From NCBI GenBank assembly GCA_030390025.1, contig CM059433.1:11038001-11102000 (forward strand): a DNA stretch of 64,000 nucleotides. Direction: 5' to 3'. The notes under the pieces were generated by a model. It was given only the letters and a program-made list of their open reading frames with translations, was not told the origin of the DNA and did no database searches. Of this stretch, positions 63,731 to 64,000 are shown piece after piece; the first letter of the stretch is position 1, and the number at the start of each line of letters is the position of its first letter. The position numbers were made by a program, and so were the translations under genes. This DNA comes from Squalus acanthias. Its lineage: Eukaryota.

Positions 63731-64000
63731 ACATAGGATTACATAGGATTACATGGGATATACGGCACAGAAACAGGCCATTCGGCCCAACCAGTCCATG
63801 CCGGCGTTTATGCTCCACTCGAGCCTCCTCCCGTCTTTCCTCATCTAAATCTATCAGCGTAACCCTCTATTCCCTTCTCCCTCATATGCTTATCTAGCCT
63901 CCCCTTAAATACATCTATACTATTCATTTCAACCACTCCCTGTGGTAGCGAGTTCCACATTCTCACCACTCTTTGGGTAAAGAAGTTTCTTCTGCATTCC
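63731..64000 (-). mobile_element. CR1 3' end (runs off window end)
   Basis: Near-identical to 9751-10020; (acataggatt)n tail. Confidence 0.88.

Overview
Repeat-dense vertebrate genomic DNA, most likely from a cartilaginous fish (shark), judging by the DeuSINE/SacSINE1-like SINE and the CR1, L2, RTE and Penelope families present (inference from repeat content only). I could not confidently identify any host protein-coding gene; the window looks intronic or intergenic. It contains many 5'-truncated LINE copies (CR1, L2, RTE), tRNA-derived SINEs, and Penelope-like fragments carrying a GIY-YIG domain and minimal hammerhead-ribozyme motifs. There is one full-length Tigger/pogo transposon with a DD32D transposase broken only by two 1-bp frameshifts. 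PIF/Harbinger relics (transposase plus Myb/SANT gene) and about ten Harbinger-type MITEs with short TIRs and 3-bp TSDs are also present. Other structures are a ~1.6 kb local duplication and a 5.6 kb polypyrimidine minisatellite with higher-order structure. The most interesting signal is a five-copy MITE family whose internal hairpins show compensatory base changes between copies and which also carries promoter motifs and clustered splice signals.
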